64,000 bases of DNA from Mobula hypostoma. Its lineage: Eukaryota. The position numbers and the translations under genes are program-made. The notes under the pieces are model-generated. The model saw nothing but the letters and a program-made list of their open reading frames with translations. It was not told the origin of the DNA and did not search any database. Below, piece after piece: positions 13,496-24,161 of the stretch. The stretch is taken from NCBI RefSeq assembly GCF_963921235.1, contig NC_086097.1, positions 89,406,001-89,470,000 on the forward strand. The letters run 5' to 3'. Numbering within the stretch: the first letter of the stretch is position 1; every line of letters starts with the position of its first letter.

Positions 13496-14348
13496 AAACA
13501 TAGAAACATAGAAACATAGAAAATAGGTGCAGGAGTAGGCCATTCGGCCCTTCGAGCCTGCGCCGCCATTTATTATGATCATGGCTGATCATCCAACTCA
13601 GAACCCCGCCCCAGTCTTCCCTCCATACCCCCTGATCCCTGTAGCCACAAGGGCCATATCTAACTCCCTCTTAAATATAGCCAATGAACTGGCCTCAACT
13701 GTTTCCTGTGGCAGAGAATTCCACAGATTCACCACTCTCTGTGTGAAGAAGTTTTTCCTAATCTCAGTCCTAAAAGGCTTCCCCTTTATCCTCAAACTGT
13801 GACCCCTCGTTCTGGACTTCCCCAACATCGGGAACAATCTTCCTGCATCTAGCCTGTCCAATCCCTTTAGGATTTTATATGTTTCAATCAGATCCCCCCT
13901 CAATCTTCTAAATTCCAACGAGTACAAGCCCAGTTCATCCAGTCTTTCTTCATATGAAAGTCCTGCCATCCCGGGAATCAATCTGGTGAACCTTCTTTGT
14001 ACTCCCTCTATGGCAAGGATGTCTTTCCTCAGATTAGGGGACCAAAACTGCACACAATTCTCCAGGTGTGGTCTCACCAAGGCCTTGTACAACTGCAGTA
14101 GTACCTCCCTGCTCCTGTACTCGAATCCTCTCGCTATAAATGCCAGCATACCATTCGCCTTTTTCACCGCCTGCTGTACCTGCATGCCCACTTTCAATGA
14201 CTGGTGTATAATGACACCCAGGTCTCGTTGCACCTCCCCTTTTCCTAATCGGCCACCATTCAGATAATAATCTGTTTTCCTATTTTTGCCACCAAAGTGG
14301 ATAACTTCACATTTATCCACATTAAATTGCATCTGCCATGAATTTGCC
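13496..14348 (-). mobile_element. 5'-truncated CR1 family A copy inserted antisense in CR1 family B
   Basis: (CATAGAAA)n tail at 13496-13522; translation nearly identical to the ORF2 C-terminus of the 1-3197 copy; homology stops at aatttgcc (14348). Confidence 0.95.
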
Positions 14349-14570
14349 ATGAAGGTTGTTGTTGCAGGCAGGTATATGCAAGTAGGAACAAATGAGGTAC
14401 TTGAGTATAAGAAATGTAAGAGACACTTAAGGAAATCAGGAAACCTAAAAGAAGATATGAGGTTACTCTGGCAGACAAGGTGAAGGAGGGACTCACGGGC
14501 TACTACAGATATATCAAAAGCCAAAGGAGAGCAAGGGACAAAATTGGTCCCCTGGCTGGAAGATCAGAGT

Positions 14571-16172
14571 GAATGAATGAATAAATGAAATTTATTTCGG
14601 TCAGTACAAACATTACAAAAAGCATAATTTTGAACAAAGATTTCATAGGACAAAATTACAACAAAAAACATCGATATTCTTTATAACAGACTGAAAGGGT
14701 GTAGGCTGAAGCTACAGCTTATTACACCTACCCCTCTTACTTATACAACAACATATTTGGTGTCAATTATAACATCAAAACAAAAAGTTTCATAATCCTT
14801 TAACACAAAATCCAATTCCAAGTATCATTTATTTACATTACACCCATTCATTTTAAATCATGTATTTTATATTTGTTCATTAAATTATTTTTAAATAATT
14901 TTTTAAACTTAAGTGTGGTGCATGCTTTTAAATTCTCACAACTGTTCCATAGATTCACCCCTCTGACTGAAATACAATGATTTTTTACATTTGTTCTTAT
15001 CCTTTGTTTTTGAAATATACATGTCCCTCCCAAATCATGTTGACTTTCTCTCATTTTAAAGAACCTTTGGATACTTTGTGGTAGCTGTCCAGTTTTTACT
15101 TTGTACATAATTTGTATTATTTTAAAATCTATGAAATCTCTGATTTTTAAGGTGTTTAGTTGAGTAAATAGTGGATTGGTTGGCTCATAATAACTTGTCT
15201 TATTTACAATTCATATGACTTTCTTTTGGAGTACAAAAATTGAGTTTGTATTTGTTTTGTATGTATTTCCCCATACCTCTACACAGTAAGTCATGTATGG
15301 GTCTATAAGTGAACAGTATAATGTATACAAAGATTCCTGATTTAAGAAATCTTGCACTTTGTACAGTATTGCAATAGATTTTGACATTTTTGCTTTGACA
15401 TAATTTATATGCGGTTTCCAGTTCAATTTATTATCTATTACCACTCCTAAAAAATTTAGTTTCAGATACCTTATCAATTTCAACATCATTTATTCTAAGT
15501 TTACTATATGAGTTTGATACATGGTTTCCAAATATTATGACGCAAACAACAGGAATTCTGCAGATGCTGGAAATTCAAGCAACACACATCAAAGTTGCTG
15601 GTGAACGCAGCAGGCCAGGCAGCATCTCTAGGAAGAGGTGCAGTCGACGCTTCAGGCCGAGACCCTTCGTCAGGACCAACTGCTGATGAAGTTGGTCCTG
15701 ACAAAGGGTCTCGGCCTGAAGCGTCAACTGCGCCTCTTCCTGGGGATGCTGCCTGGCCTGCTGCGTTCACCAGCAACTTTGATGTGTGTTGTCCAAATAT
15801 TATGAATTTAGTTTTACTTAGATTCAGTGATAATTTGTTAGTATTAAACCATTTCTTTATAATTTTTAGTCCTTTCTCCAGTGTATCCAAAAGTTGTTTC
15901 AGATGTTCCCTGCTACAAAATATAGTTGTATCATCAGCAAATAATACACATTTTAATGTCTTGGAGACCATACATATATTGTTTATATACAAAATGAACA
16001 GCAATGGACCAAGCACTGAATCTTGTGGAACCCCCCAAGTTACTCTCAAAAGTTTTGAATTCGAGTTGTTTATATGTACATACTGATATCTGTCTTCCAA
16101 ATAACTGCTTAACCAGTCATGTGCCACCCCTCCAATGCCATATCTTTCTAATTCTGTTAATAATAATTTATG
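14571..16172 (-). mobile_element. 5'-truncated AT-rich L2/Crack-like LINE inserted in CR1 family B
   Basis: Minus-strand GVPQDSVLGPLLFILYINN, LFADDT, FLGVVIDNKLNWKPHI, YCVEVWGNT; AATAAA plus (ATTC)n tail at 14571-14600; the host resumes in register (gatcagagt|ggtaatc). Confidence 0.85.
15541..15791. mobile_element. fold-back Penelope-like end (inverted pseudo-LTR pair) with 14-bp TSD
   Basis: TSD tccaaatattatga at 15527-15540 and 15792-15805; arms about 15580-15681 and 15690-15791 around an 8-nt loop. Confidence 0.9.
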
Positions 16173-16918
16173 TGGTAATCAGTGCATGGTTCAGAAAGAG
16201 TTGGGGGCGATCCTTTGCACCTGTATTTACTCAGGAGATGGACAGAGTCTATAGATGTTGAGGCAATGCAACAACAAGGTCATGGACCAAACACAGACTC
16301 GAGAGGAGGAGGTGTTTGCCATCTGAGTCAAATTAGGGTAGATAAATCCCGAAGGCCTAGCAGTGTGTTCCCTTGGACCACGTGGGAGGCCAATTCAGAA
16401 ATTGCAGGGGTCCCAACAGATATTTGAAACATCCTTAGCTGTGGTTGATTGGAGCATAGCCAGTGTAGTTCTGTTGTTTAGGATAAACTCTAAGAATAAG
16501 CCAGGAAATTATAGGCCAATGAGCCTGACATCAGTAGTGGGAAAGTCACTGGAAGGTATTCTAAAGGACAGGATATATAAATATTTAAGTAGATAAGGTC
16601 TGATTATGGATAGTCAATGTGGCTTTGTGCGTGGTAAGTTGTGTCCAACTAATCTCAGAGATTTTCAAGGAAATTGCCAGGGAAAGTGGATGAAGGCAAG
16701 GCAGTGTATGTTGTCTACATGGACTTTAGCAAGGCCTTTGACAAGGTCCTGCATGGGAGATTGGTCAAGAAGTTCAGTTGCTTGGCATTCAAGATGAGGT
16801 AGTAAATTGGATTAAACATTGTCTTTGTGGAAGAAGCCAGTGGTTGAATCTAGATGGTTGCCTCTCTGACTGGAGGCCTATAACTAGTGGAGTGCTACAG
16901 GGATCAGTGCTGGGTCCA

Positions 16919-17096
16919 TACAAAAGAAAATCTGCAGATGCTGGGAATCCAAGCAACACACACAAAATGCTGGAGAAACTCAGCAGGCCAGCAGCATCTA
17001 TGGAAAAAAGTACAGTCAATGTTTCAGGCCAAAACATCAACTGTACTTTATTCCGTAGATGCTGCCTGGCCTGCTGAGTTCCTCCAGCATTTTGTG
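16919..17096. mobile_element. fold-back Penelope-like end with degenerate 13-bp TSD
   Basis: agtgctgggtcca (16906-16918) and agtgcctggtcca (17097-17109); inverted arms joined at gtttcaggccaaaac. Confidence 0.8.
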
Positions 17097-17484
17097 AGTG
17101 CCTGGTCCAATGTTGTTTGTCATCTATATCAATGATCTGGATGATAATGTGATTAATTGGATTGGGGGGTGTGGTGGACAGCAAGGAAGACTATCAAAGC
17201 TTGCAGCAGGATATGGACCTGGTTGAAAAATGGCAGATGGAATTTAATGCACACAAGTGTGAGGGGTTGCATATTGGGATGACCAACCAGGGTAGGTCTT
17301 ACACGGTGAGTGGTTAGGCACAGAGAAGTGTGGTAGAACAGGAGGATCTGGCAATACAGGTCCATAATTCCTTGAAAGTGTTGTCACTGGTAGTGAGGGT
17401 TGTAAAGAAAGCTTTTGGTACATTGACCTTTGTAAATCAATGTATTGAGTATGGGAGTTAGGATGTTTTGTTGAAATTGTATAA

Positions 17485-19072
17485 GTTTAAAGTAAATTTG
17501 TTATCAAAGTACATATATATCGCCATTTACAACCCTGAGATTCATTTTCTTGCAGGCATACTCAATAAATGTCCAATAACTGTAATAGAATCAATAAAAG
17601 ATTGCACCAACAGGGCAGTCAACCAGTGTGCAAAAGCCAAACAGCCTGTAAATATAGAAAGAAAGAAAATAAAGAAATAATATTAATAATAAATAAATAA
17701 GCAATAAATATTGAGAACATGAGATGAAGAGTCCTTGAAGCTGAGTCCATAGGTTGTGGAACAGTTCAATGAATGGGCAAGTGATACTGAGTGAAGTTAT
17801 CCCCTCTGTTTCAAGAGCCTGATGGTTGAGAAATAATAATTGAAGCTGGTGATATGAATCGTGAGAAGTCCTGTCGCAAGTTTCTGATGTCAGCAGCATG
17901 AAGAGAGCATGATCTTGGTGCTGGGGTTCCCTGACGATTGATGCAGCTTTTCTGGAACAATGTTCTTTGTAAGTGTGTTCAATGCTGTGGGTGCTTTATC
18001 GTGATGGACTAGTCCATATCCTCCACTTTGTTGTAGGATTTTCTGTTAAAGTATATTGGTGTTTCCATATTAGGCTGTGATACAGCCAATCAATGTATTC
18101 TCCACCACATACCTGCAAGAGTTTGTCAAAGTTTTAGATGTCATGTTGAAACTTTGCAAACTTCTAAGGAAGTACTGGCATTGCCGTTGTTTCTTTGTAA
18201 TGCATGCTGGATCCTCTGAAATGATAACACTGAGGAATTTAAAGTTGTTGACCTTCTCCACCTCTGATTCCCTGATGAGTTCTGGTTCATGATCCACTGT
18301 TTTCTCCTCCTAAAGCTAGTAATCATCTCTAACGAAGTTAGTCCTGACGAAGGGTCTTGGCCCAAAACGTCGACTGTACCTCTTCCTAGAGATGCTGCCT
18401 GGCCTGCTGTGTTCACCATGTGTGTTGCTTGAAATTCCAGCATCTGCAGATTTCCTCGTGTTCGCGTTTTTAAAATCATCTCCTTGGTCTTGCTAACATT
18501 GAGTAAGAGGTTGTTGATGTGGCACCACTCAACCAGACTTTCAGTCTCCCTCCTGTATGCTGATTCGATTTAGCTTATGACAGTGGTGTCATCAGCAAGC
18601 TGAATATGGCATTGGAGCTTTGCTTGGCCACGTAGTTGTTACCATATAGCGAATAGAGCAGAGGGGTAAGCGCATAACCTTGTGGTGCACCTGTCCTGCT
18701 GATGTTTGTGGTGGAGTTGTTGCTGCTAATCCGAACTGACTGGGGTCTGCAAGTGAGGAAACCGAGGATATAATTACACAAGCACATTTTGAGGCCAAGA
18801 TCTTGAAGCTTATTTATTAAGTTTATAGGATGGTATTATTGAATGCCGAGCTGTATACAATAAAGTGCATCCTGATGTAGGCATCTTTGCTGTCCAAATG
18901 TTCCAGGGTTGAGTGCAGAGCCAATGAAATGTCATCTGCTGTTGTCTTGTACCGGTAGGCAAATTGGAGCAGATCCAAGTTGCTTCTCAGGCAGGAGTTG
19001 ATGTGTTTCATCACCAACCTCTCACTTCATCACTGTGGATGGAAGTGGTACTGGACAATGGTTACTGAGGTC
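17485..19072 (-). mobile_element. decayed Rex1/Babar-type LINE inserted in CR1 family B
   Basis: Minus-strand LQFAYR...DDISLALH, YSSAFN, TGAPQGYALTPLLYSLY, VNNFKFLSVIISED; tail aagtttaaagtaaatttgttatc on +. Confidence 0.82.
18330..18473 (+). mobile_element. Penelope-like end with 9-bp TSD; hammerhead core carries G12A
   Basis: TSD aatcatctc at 18321-18329 and 18474-18482; agtc-CTGACGA-agggtcttggccc-AAAAC-GTC-gact at 18340-18375. Confidence 0.85.
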
Positions 19073-21449
19073 ACACAACTTAGATGAAACTTAATTTGGA
19101 GCATTGTATCCAGTTTTGGTCACTGCCTACAGGAAAGATGTCAATAAGATTGAAAGGGTGTAGAGATATCGCTGGGACTTGAGGACCTGAGTTACAAGGA
19201 AGTGCTTAATAGGCTGAGACTTAATTCCTAGAACATAGAAGTTTAGTGGGGGGGAGATTTAATAGAGGTATAGAAAATTATGAGAGGTATAGATAGGTTA
19301 AATTAAAGCAGGCTTTTTCCACTGAGGTTGAGGTGAGACTTTAACTGGAGGTCATGGGTTAAAGGTGAAAGGTGAAATGTTTAAGGGGAACATGAGGGGG
19401 AGCTGCTTCATTCAGAGGGTCCTGAGAGTGTGCCATGAGCTGCCGGTGCAGGTGGTGTATGTGGGGTTAATTTCAACATTTAAGAAAAATTTGGAAATGT
19501 ATACGATGGGAGGTGTATGGAGAGCTATGATCTGTGTGCAAGTCATTGGGACTGGGCAGATTGATGTTGCAGCACAGACTAGATGGGCATAGGGGGCTTG
19601 TTTCTGTTCTGTAGTGTTCTATGACTCTGTGACCGGATGTCTCTCAGGAAAACTTGGTGAGGTCAAATGGTCAGTGGACCTTAACTTTCAGTTATCTCCT
19701 CACCATTCTGCACTCATGGCTGCCAGCCCAGCCGAAGGCCCATCTGATTTAATCCTTTTTCTGGATAAAGTGAATAGTTTGCTCAGCTGTTCACAGGGGG
19801 GTTAAGTTATCAAAACTGAGTAGTTTCATTGCCATCGTCATTGTTGACTTCTATTTAAATTTGAGATTAACTGAATTTGCATTCTACAGCCTCCAAATGG
19901 TATCTGAATTTGCTGCTCTAATTTGCCTGTAAAGGCCTTGAACTTAACCACTGCATTGCATTTGTATCTCTTTAGAGCTCAGAACAGAATTTACCATCAC
20001 TGACTTAAATGACATGAAATTTGTTTGGATTTAGATTAATATTTAAAAGGGATACTTCGGACTCTTGAGAGAATGAGGGAGTGGGCCAGCTCTTCCCAAA
20101 GTCCTAAGCTAGATAATGGCCTCTGTTGCAAGAGTGTACGGATTTGCTTGGTTCTGAGCAGATATGTTGAGGACTAGAATTGGAGAGAGAATGTGTCCAA
20201 CAGTTGGTAAGATGTGGGAGGCAGAGGTCTTGATAGTGCTGTAACTGCCACAGGAAGTCTGGTGCCCTGCATTAGGATTCTCCCTTGAGTATAGTGGGTA
20301 TTCGGACATAAACAGACATCGTATTTAAAGTGTAGGACGATCACTCAAGTAGGCACCAGACTGCCTGTGAGGAAAATGAGAACACAATGAGAGTAATATT
20401 TGGGAGGCTCAGATTATTTTGACTGTACCACATGGTGTGAAAAACACTACTCTTACACGGCCGTCTTCTCACACTCGCACAGTCTCTTCCCTCCTCCAAT
20501 CCTGCTTGTGCATGCATCTGCACCCACCTTGCACCCACATTCCCTTGTCCCCTGGCAATCGCATTACTACTGAACTCCCTGACAATGGTCCTGGTGTCAG
20601 TGAGACTGCTGGCTCCTTTGATGAGGGGTGTATCTGGTGTGGGAAGCGGGCAGAGTCAGGCATTCCATCTGAAGGAGCAGACTTTGAGAACTGAGGGCAT
20701 GGAGACGCGTTTCCTGACTGTTTTCCAGATATTGCATCAGTATGTATTTAGGTTGATCCTTAGGCAGAAGGGTTCTCACATTTTTCCTATTTCTTTTTGA
20801 CATTGCAAGAGGCCATGTAAGTTTATACTGACTCTTGCAGCAATCGCATCAGTCTTATCCAAGGTTGGTGTTTGAGATTAATTACTGAGGGAGTGCTCCA
20901 CTGTGAATGGCATTACATCAGATTCTGATGGAGCATTTAACCAAGGTGCCGTCTTCCCTCTTGGGCAGCATTAAAAAGATGCCATAGTGTAATCGGAGTA
21001 AAAGCATTCTATTTGTGTTTTCCTCTATTAATATCAGTAAAATGAATTCCTTAGTTATTGTTACATTGCTCTGTGGGATCTTGCTGTGCACTGGCTGCTG
21101 CTGAAGCTCCATTGTTGTGACAGAAGCTGCTTCAGAAGGTAAATTCATTGACTAAAACCAACTGTGACCACAGCTTGCAGGGTGGGATCTGAACTCTGGT
21201 CTTTGGATCATTAGTGTCGGCCTCTGGGTTACTCATCTGGTAACTTAATCTGTCCACCACCACAATACGCTTCCGGTAGTAGCTCTCTTTAGAGCTCCTT
21301 TCATCTTCTCTGTGTTAATTGATGTTGTGTCTGGATGCAATGGATTTTTTTCTACATATCAACTTACCATGGAAGTGCTTTGCTTCAAGAAGATTGCACT
21401 GAAGTGTTCCTAACAAGAGTTCAACTGAAAATATTTCTTTTTGAAACTT

Positions 21450-22490
21450 AACCACAAGACACAGGAGCAGACTTGGGCAATTAGGCAAGTCTGTCCTGCC
21501 ATTCAATCATGGGAATTTTTTCCCCTCCTCAACCCCATTGCCCCGGCCTTCTCCCCAAAACCTTTGATGCCGTGTCCAATCAAGAACTTATCAAGCTCTG
21601 CCTTAAATACACCCAACAACCTGGCCTCCATAACTGCTGGTGGTAACAAATTCCACAAATTCACCACCCTCTGGCTAAAGAAATTTTCCGCATCACTGTT
21701 TTCAATGGATACCCCTCTATCCTGAGGCTGTGCCCTCTTGTCGTAGACTCATCCACCATGGAAAACATCTTTTCCACATCTACTCTGTGTATGCCTTTCA
21801 ACATTAAAGAAGTTTTAATGAGATCTCCCCTCATCCTTCTAAATTCCAGCAAGTGCAGACCCAGAATTATCAAACGGTCCTCGTATGATAACCCTTTCAT
21901 TCCTGGAATCATCTTTCTGAACCTCCTCTGAACCCTCTCCAATGCCAGCACATCTTTTCTTGGATGAGGAGCCCAAAACTGGTTCACAATAATCAAGGTG
22001 AGGCCTCACCTGTGCCTTATAGTCTCAGCATCACATCCCTGCTCTTGTACTCTAGACCTCGTGAAATGAATAATAACCGACTCTACCTGCAAGTTAACCT
22101 TAAGAGTGTTCTACACAAGGACTCCCAAGTCCCTTTGCATCTCAGATTTTTGGATTTTCTCCCCTTTTAGAAAATAGTCTGCACATTTATTTCTACTACC
22201 AAAGTGCATGACCATGTATTTCATTTGCCACTTCCTAATCTGTCTAAGTCCTTCTGCAGCCTACCTGTCTCCTCAACACTACCTGGTCCTCCACCAATCT
22301 TCGTATCATCTGCAAACTTGGCAACAAAGCTATCTATTCCATCATCTAAATCACTGATGTGCAACATAAAATGAAGCAATCCCAACACTGATCTCTGCAG
22401 AACACCGCTAGTCAATGGCAGCCGACCAGACACGGATCCTTTTATTCCTACTCGCTGCCTCCTACCAATCAGCCAATGCTCTAACCACGT
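21450..22490 (-). mobile_element. CR1 LINE 3' fragment
   Basis: Minus-strand SGVLQRSVLG, KFADDTKIGG, QFWAPHPRKDVLALERVQRRF. Confidence 0.88.
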
Positions 22491-22984
22491 TTTAACATAG
22501 AACGTAGCAGTATAGTGCAGTCTGGGCCTTTTGGCCCACAGTATAATGCTGATCTATATATACCTACTCTTTCCCTCCTACCCAACTCATAACCTTCTGT
22601 CCGAGTGGGTTGCCTCCTCAACCAAAATTGACAAACGAGCGACAGACTAGATCTTGTGCTCCATTCTCCAGAGCAGTGATGGGAGTGAATGAGTAAGATG
22701 CTGAATGAGGTTCCAGGTTCCAGCCAAGGTAGCTGTTTCACTGAGGTGAAATTGAGCAGGGCTGATTTTGGCAAGTATTGCACCAGATGTTGTTGGAAAT
22801 CATGCAGTTGTGAGATGAGTCTCAAGTTGGAGACCTCGGTAGTGTAGGTGGAATAGCAACTTAGCGAGGCTGATATTGCTGAAAGTCTGGAGTAAGCATT
22901 AGATTGCATTGCCATCATTGAACCCCTCAATATCAATATCCTGGGGGCGTTACTATTGACCAGAAACTGAACTGGAATTGCTTT

Positions 22985-23020
22985 AGTCCTGAAGAAGGTT
23001 CTCGGCCTGAAATATTGACG
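22985..23020 (+). ncRNA. minimal type-I hammerhead ribozyme motif, sense to host gene, core intact
   Basis: (a)gtc-CTGAAGA-aggttctcggcct-GAAAT-ATT-gac(g); helix III palindrome AATATT; lies in a Penelope-like end (about 22980-23112). Confidence 0.55.
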
Positions 23021-23364
23021 GTATATTCATTTCCAAAGATGCTGCTTGGCCGTCTGAGTTCCAACAGGATTTTGTGCGTGTTGCTTTGGTTTTCCAGCAT
23101 CTGCAGACTTTCTCATTCATTTTATGCAATGTGGGTGCAAGAGCAAGGAGTCCTGTTGCAATTAACTCAACTCCCAACTCCCCAAAGCCTGTCCATTGTC
23201 TACAAGTCTCAAGGTGTGAGTATGATGGAATACTCCCCACCTGCCTGGATGAGTGCAGCTTCAACAGCACTTGTGAAACTCAACGCCATACAGGATATGT
23301 TAGCTTACTTTGTAGACGCTCCTCCACAATCATTAAGTCCTTCCTCCATCCATGTACGGTAGTG

Positions 23365-24161
23365 CAAGGGTCCCCAACCTTTTTTGCACTGCGGTCCGGT
23401 TTAATATTGACAGTATTCTTGCGGACCCGCCAACCCGGGGGGGGGGGTGTCAAGTAGGGTTAAACTCACCTCACCGTGTTTTTTATAGTTAGGGTTGCCA
23501 ACTTTCTCACTCCCAAATAAGGGACAAAAGTAGCAGTCAAATACAGGACACTTTTGTTTACCCCGAGAAAGACTACCATGACCATAAAGCCTTGCGGGGC
23601 ACCAGTGTGCGCACGCGTGACATGCACATCTGTGACGTGCGCATGCATGTACGTGCCGATTTTTTCCCCCCACAAATTGGTTTTGGCTTGATCTTCCTGA
23701 CTACACTGTTCATACATTATTTCTGCTTTATATAGGCTGTGTATTTATCATATCATTCATTCATGTTTTTATTATATGTTATTTTAGGTTTTATGTGTTA
23801 TTTGGTATGATTTGATAAGTTATTTTTTGGGTCTGGGAACGCTCAAAAATTTTTCCCATATAAATTACTGGTAATTGCTTCTGCACTTTACGCCATTTCG
23901 GCAGGAAAGGTTTCATAGGAACACTCTACCTTAGCGGGGGAAATACGAGAAAGGGTGGTCCCGTATGGGACAAACCAATTCAGCCCAATATATTGGATGT
24001 CCCAGCAAATACGGGACAGTTGGCAATCCTATGTTCAAGTTCAACAGTGCGTGACAGGGAATGAGGAAAGGTACAGCTGACTCATATTGTTTCCTCGCGG
24101 CCCGGTGGCACACGTTCTGCTGCCCGGTACTGGTCCGCGGCCCGGTGGTTGAGGACCGCTG
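23365..24161. mobile_element. composite hAT (Charlie-like) non-autonomous element
   Basis: Termini caagggtccccaacc and ggttgaggaccgctg; 8-bp flanks cggtagtg and cagtggtg (6/8); internal second TIR pair tagggttgccaact (23490) and agttggcaatccta (to 24031). Confidence 0.82.

Larger units (their letters stand above)
12190..19630 (+). mobile_element. older, decayed CR1 LINE (family B) interrupted by several younger insertions
   Basis: ORF1 end DHWALFQGRCDLYRRDGLHTNWRGTNIL (12372-12490). Collinear decayed ORF2 pieces at 12630-13495, 14349-14570, 16172-16918 (KPGNYRPMSLTSVVGK, GVLQGSVLGP), 17097-17485 and about 19085-19630, ending in gttctatgactctgtga. Confidence 0.88.

Noticed and set aside
15504..16127. 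207-aa ORF (and 163-aa opposite ORF) with an apparent internal duplication
   Set aside because: Chance read-through from LINE RT into the palindromic insert; the insert is bounded by a TSD and is not part of a gene.
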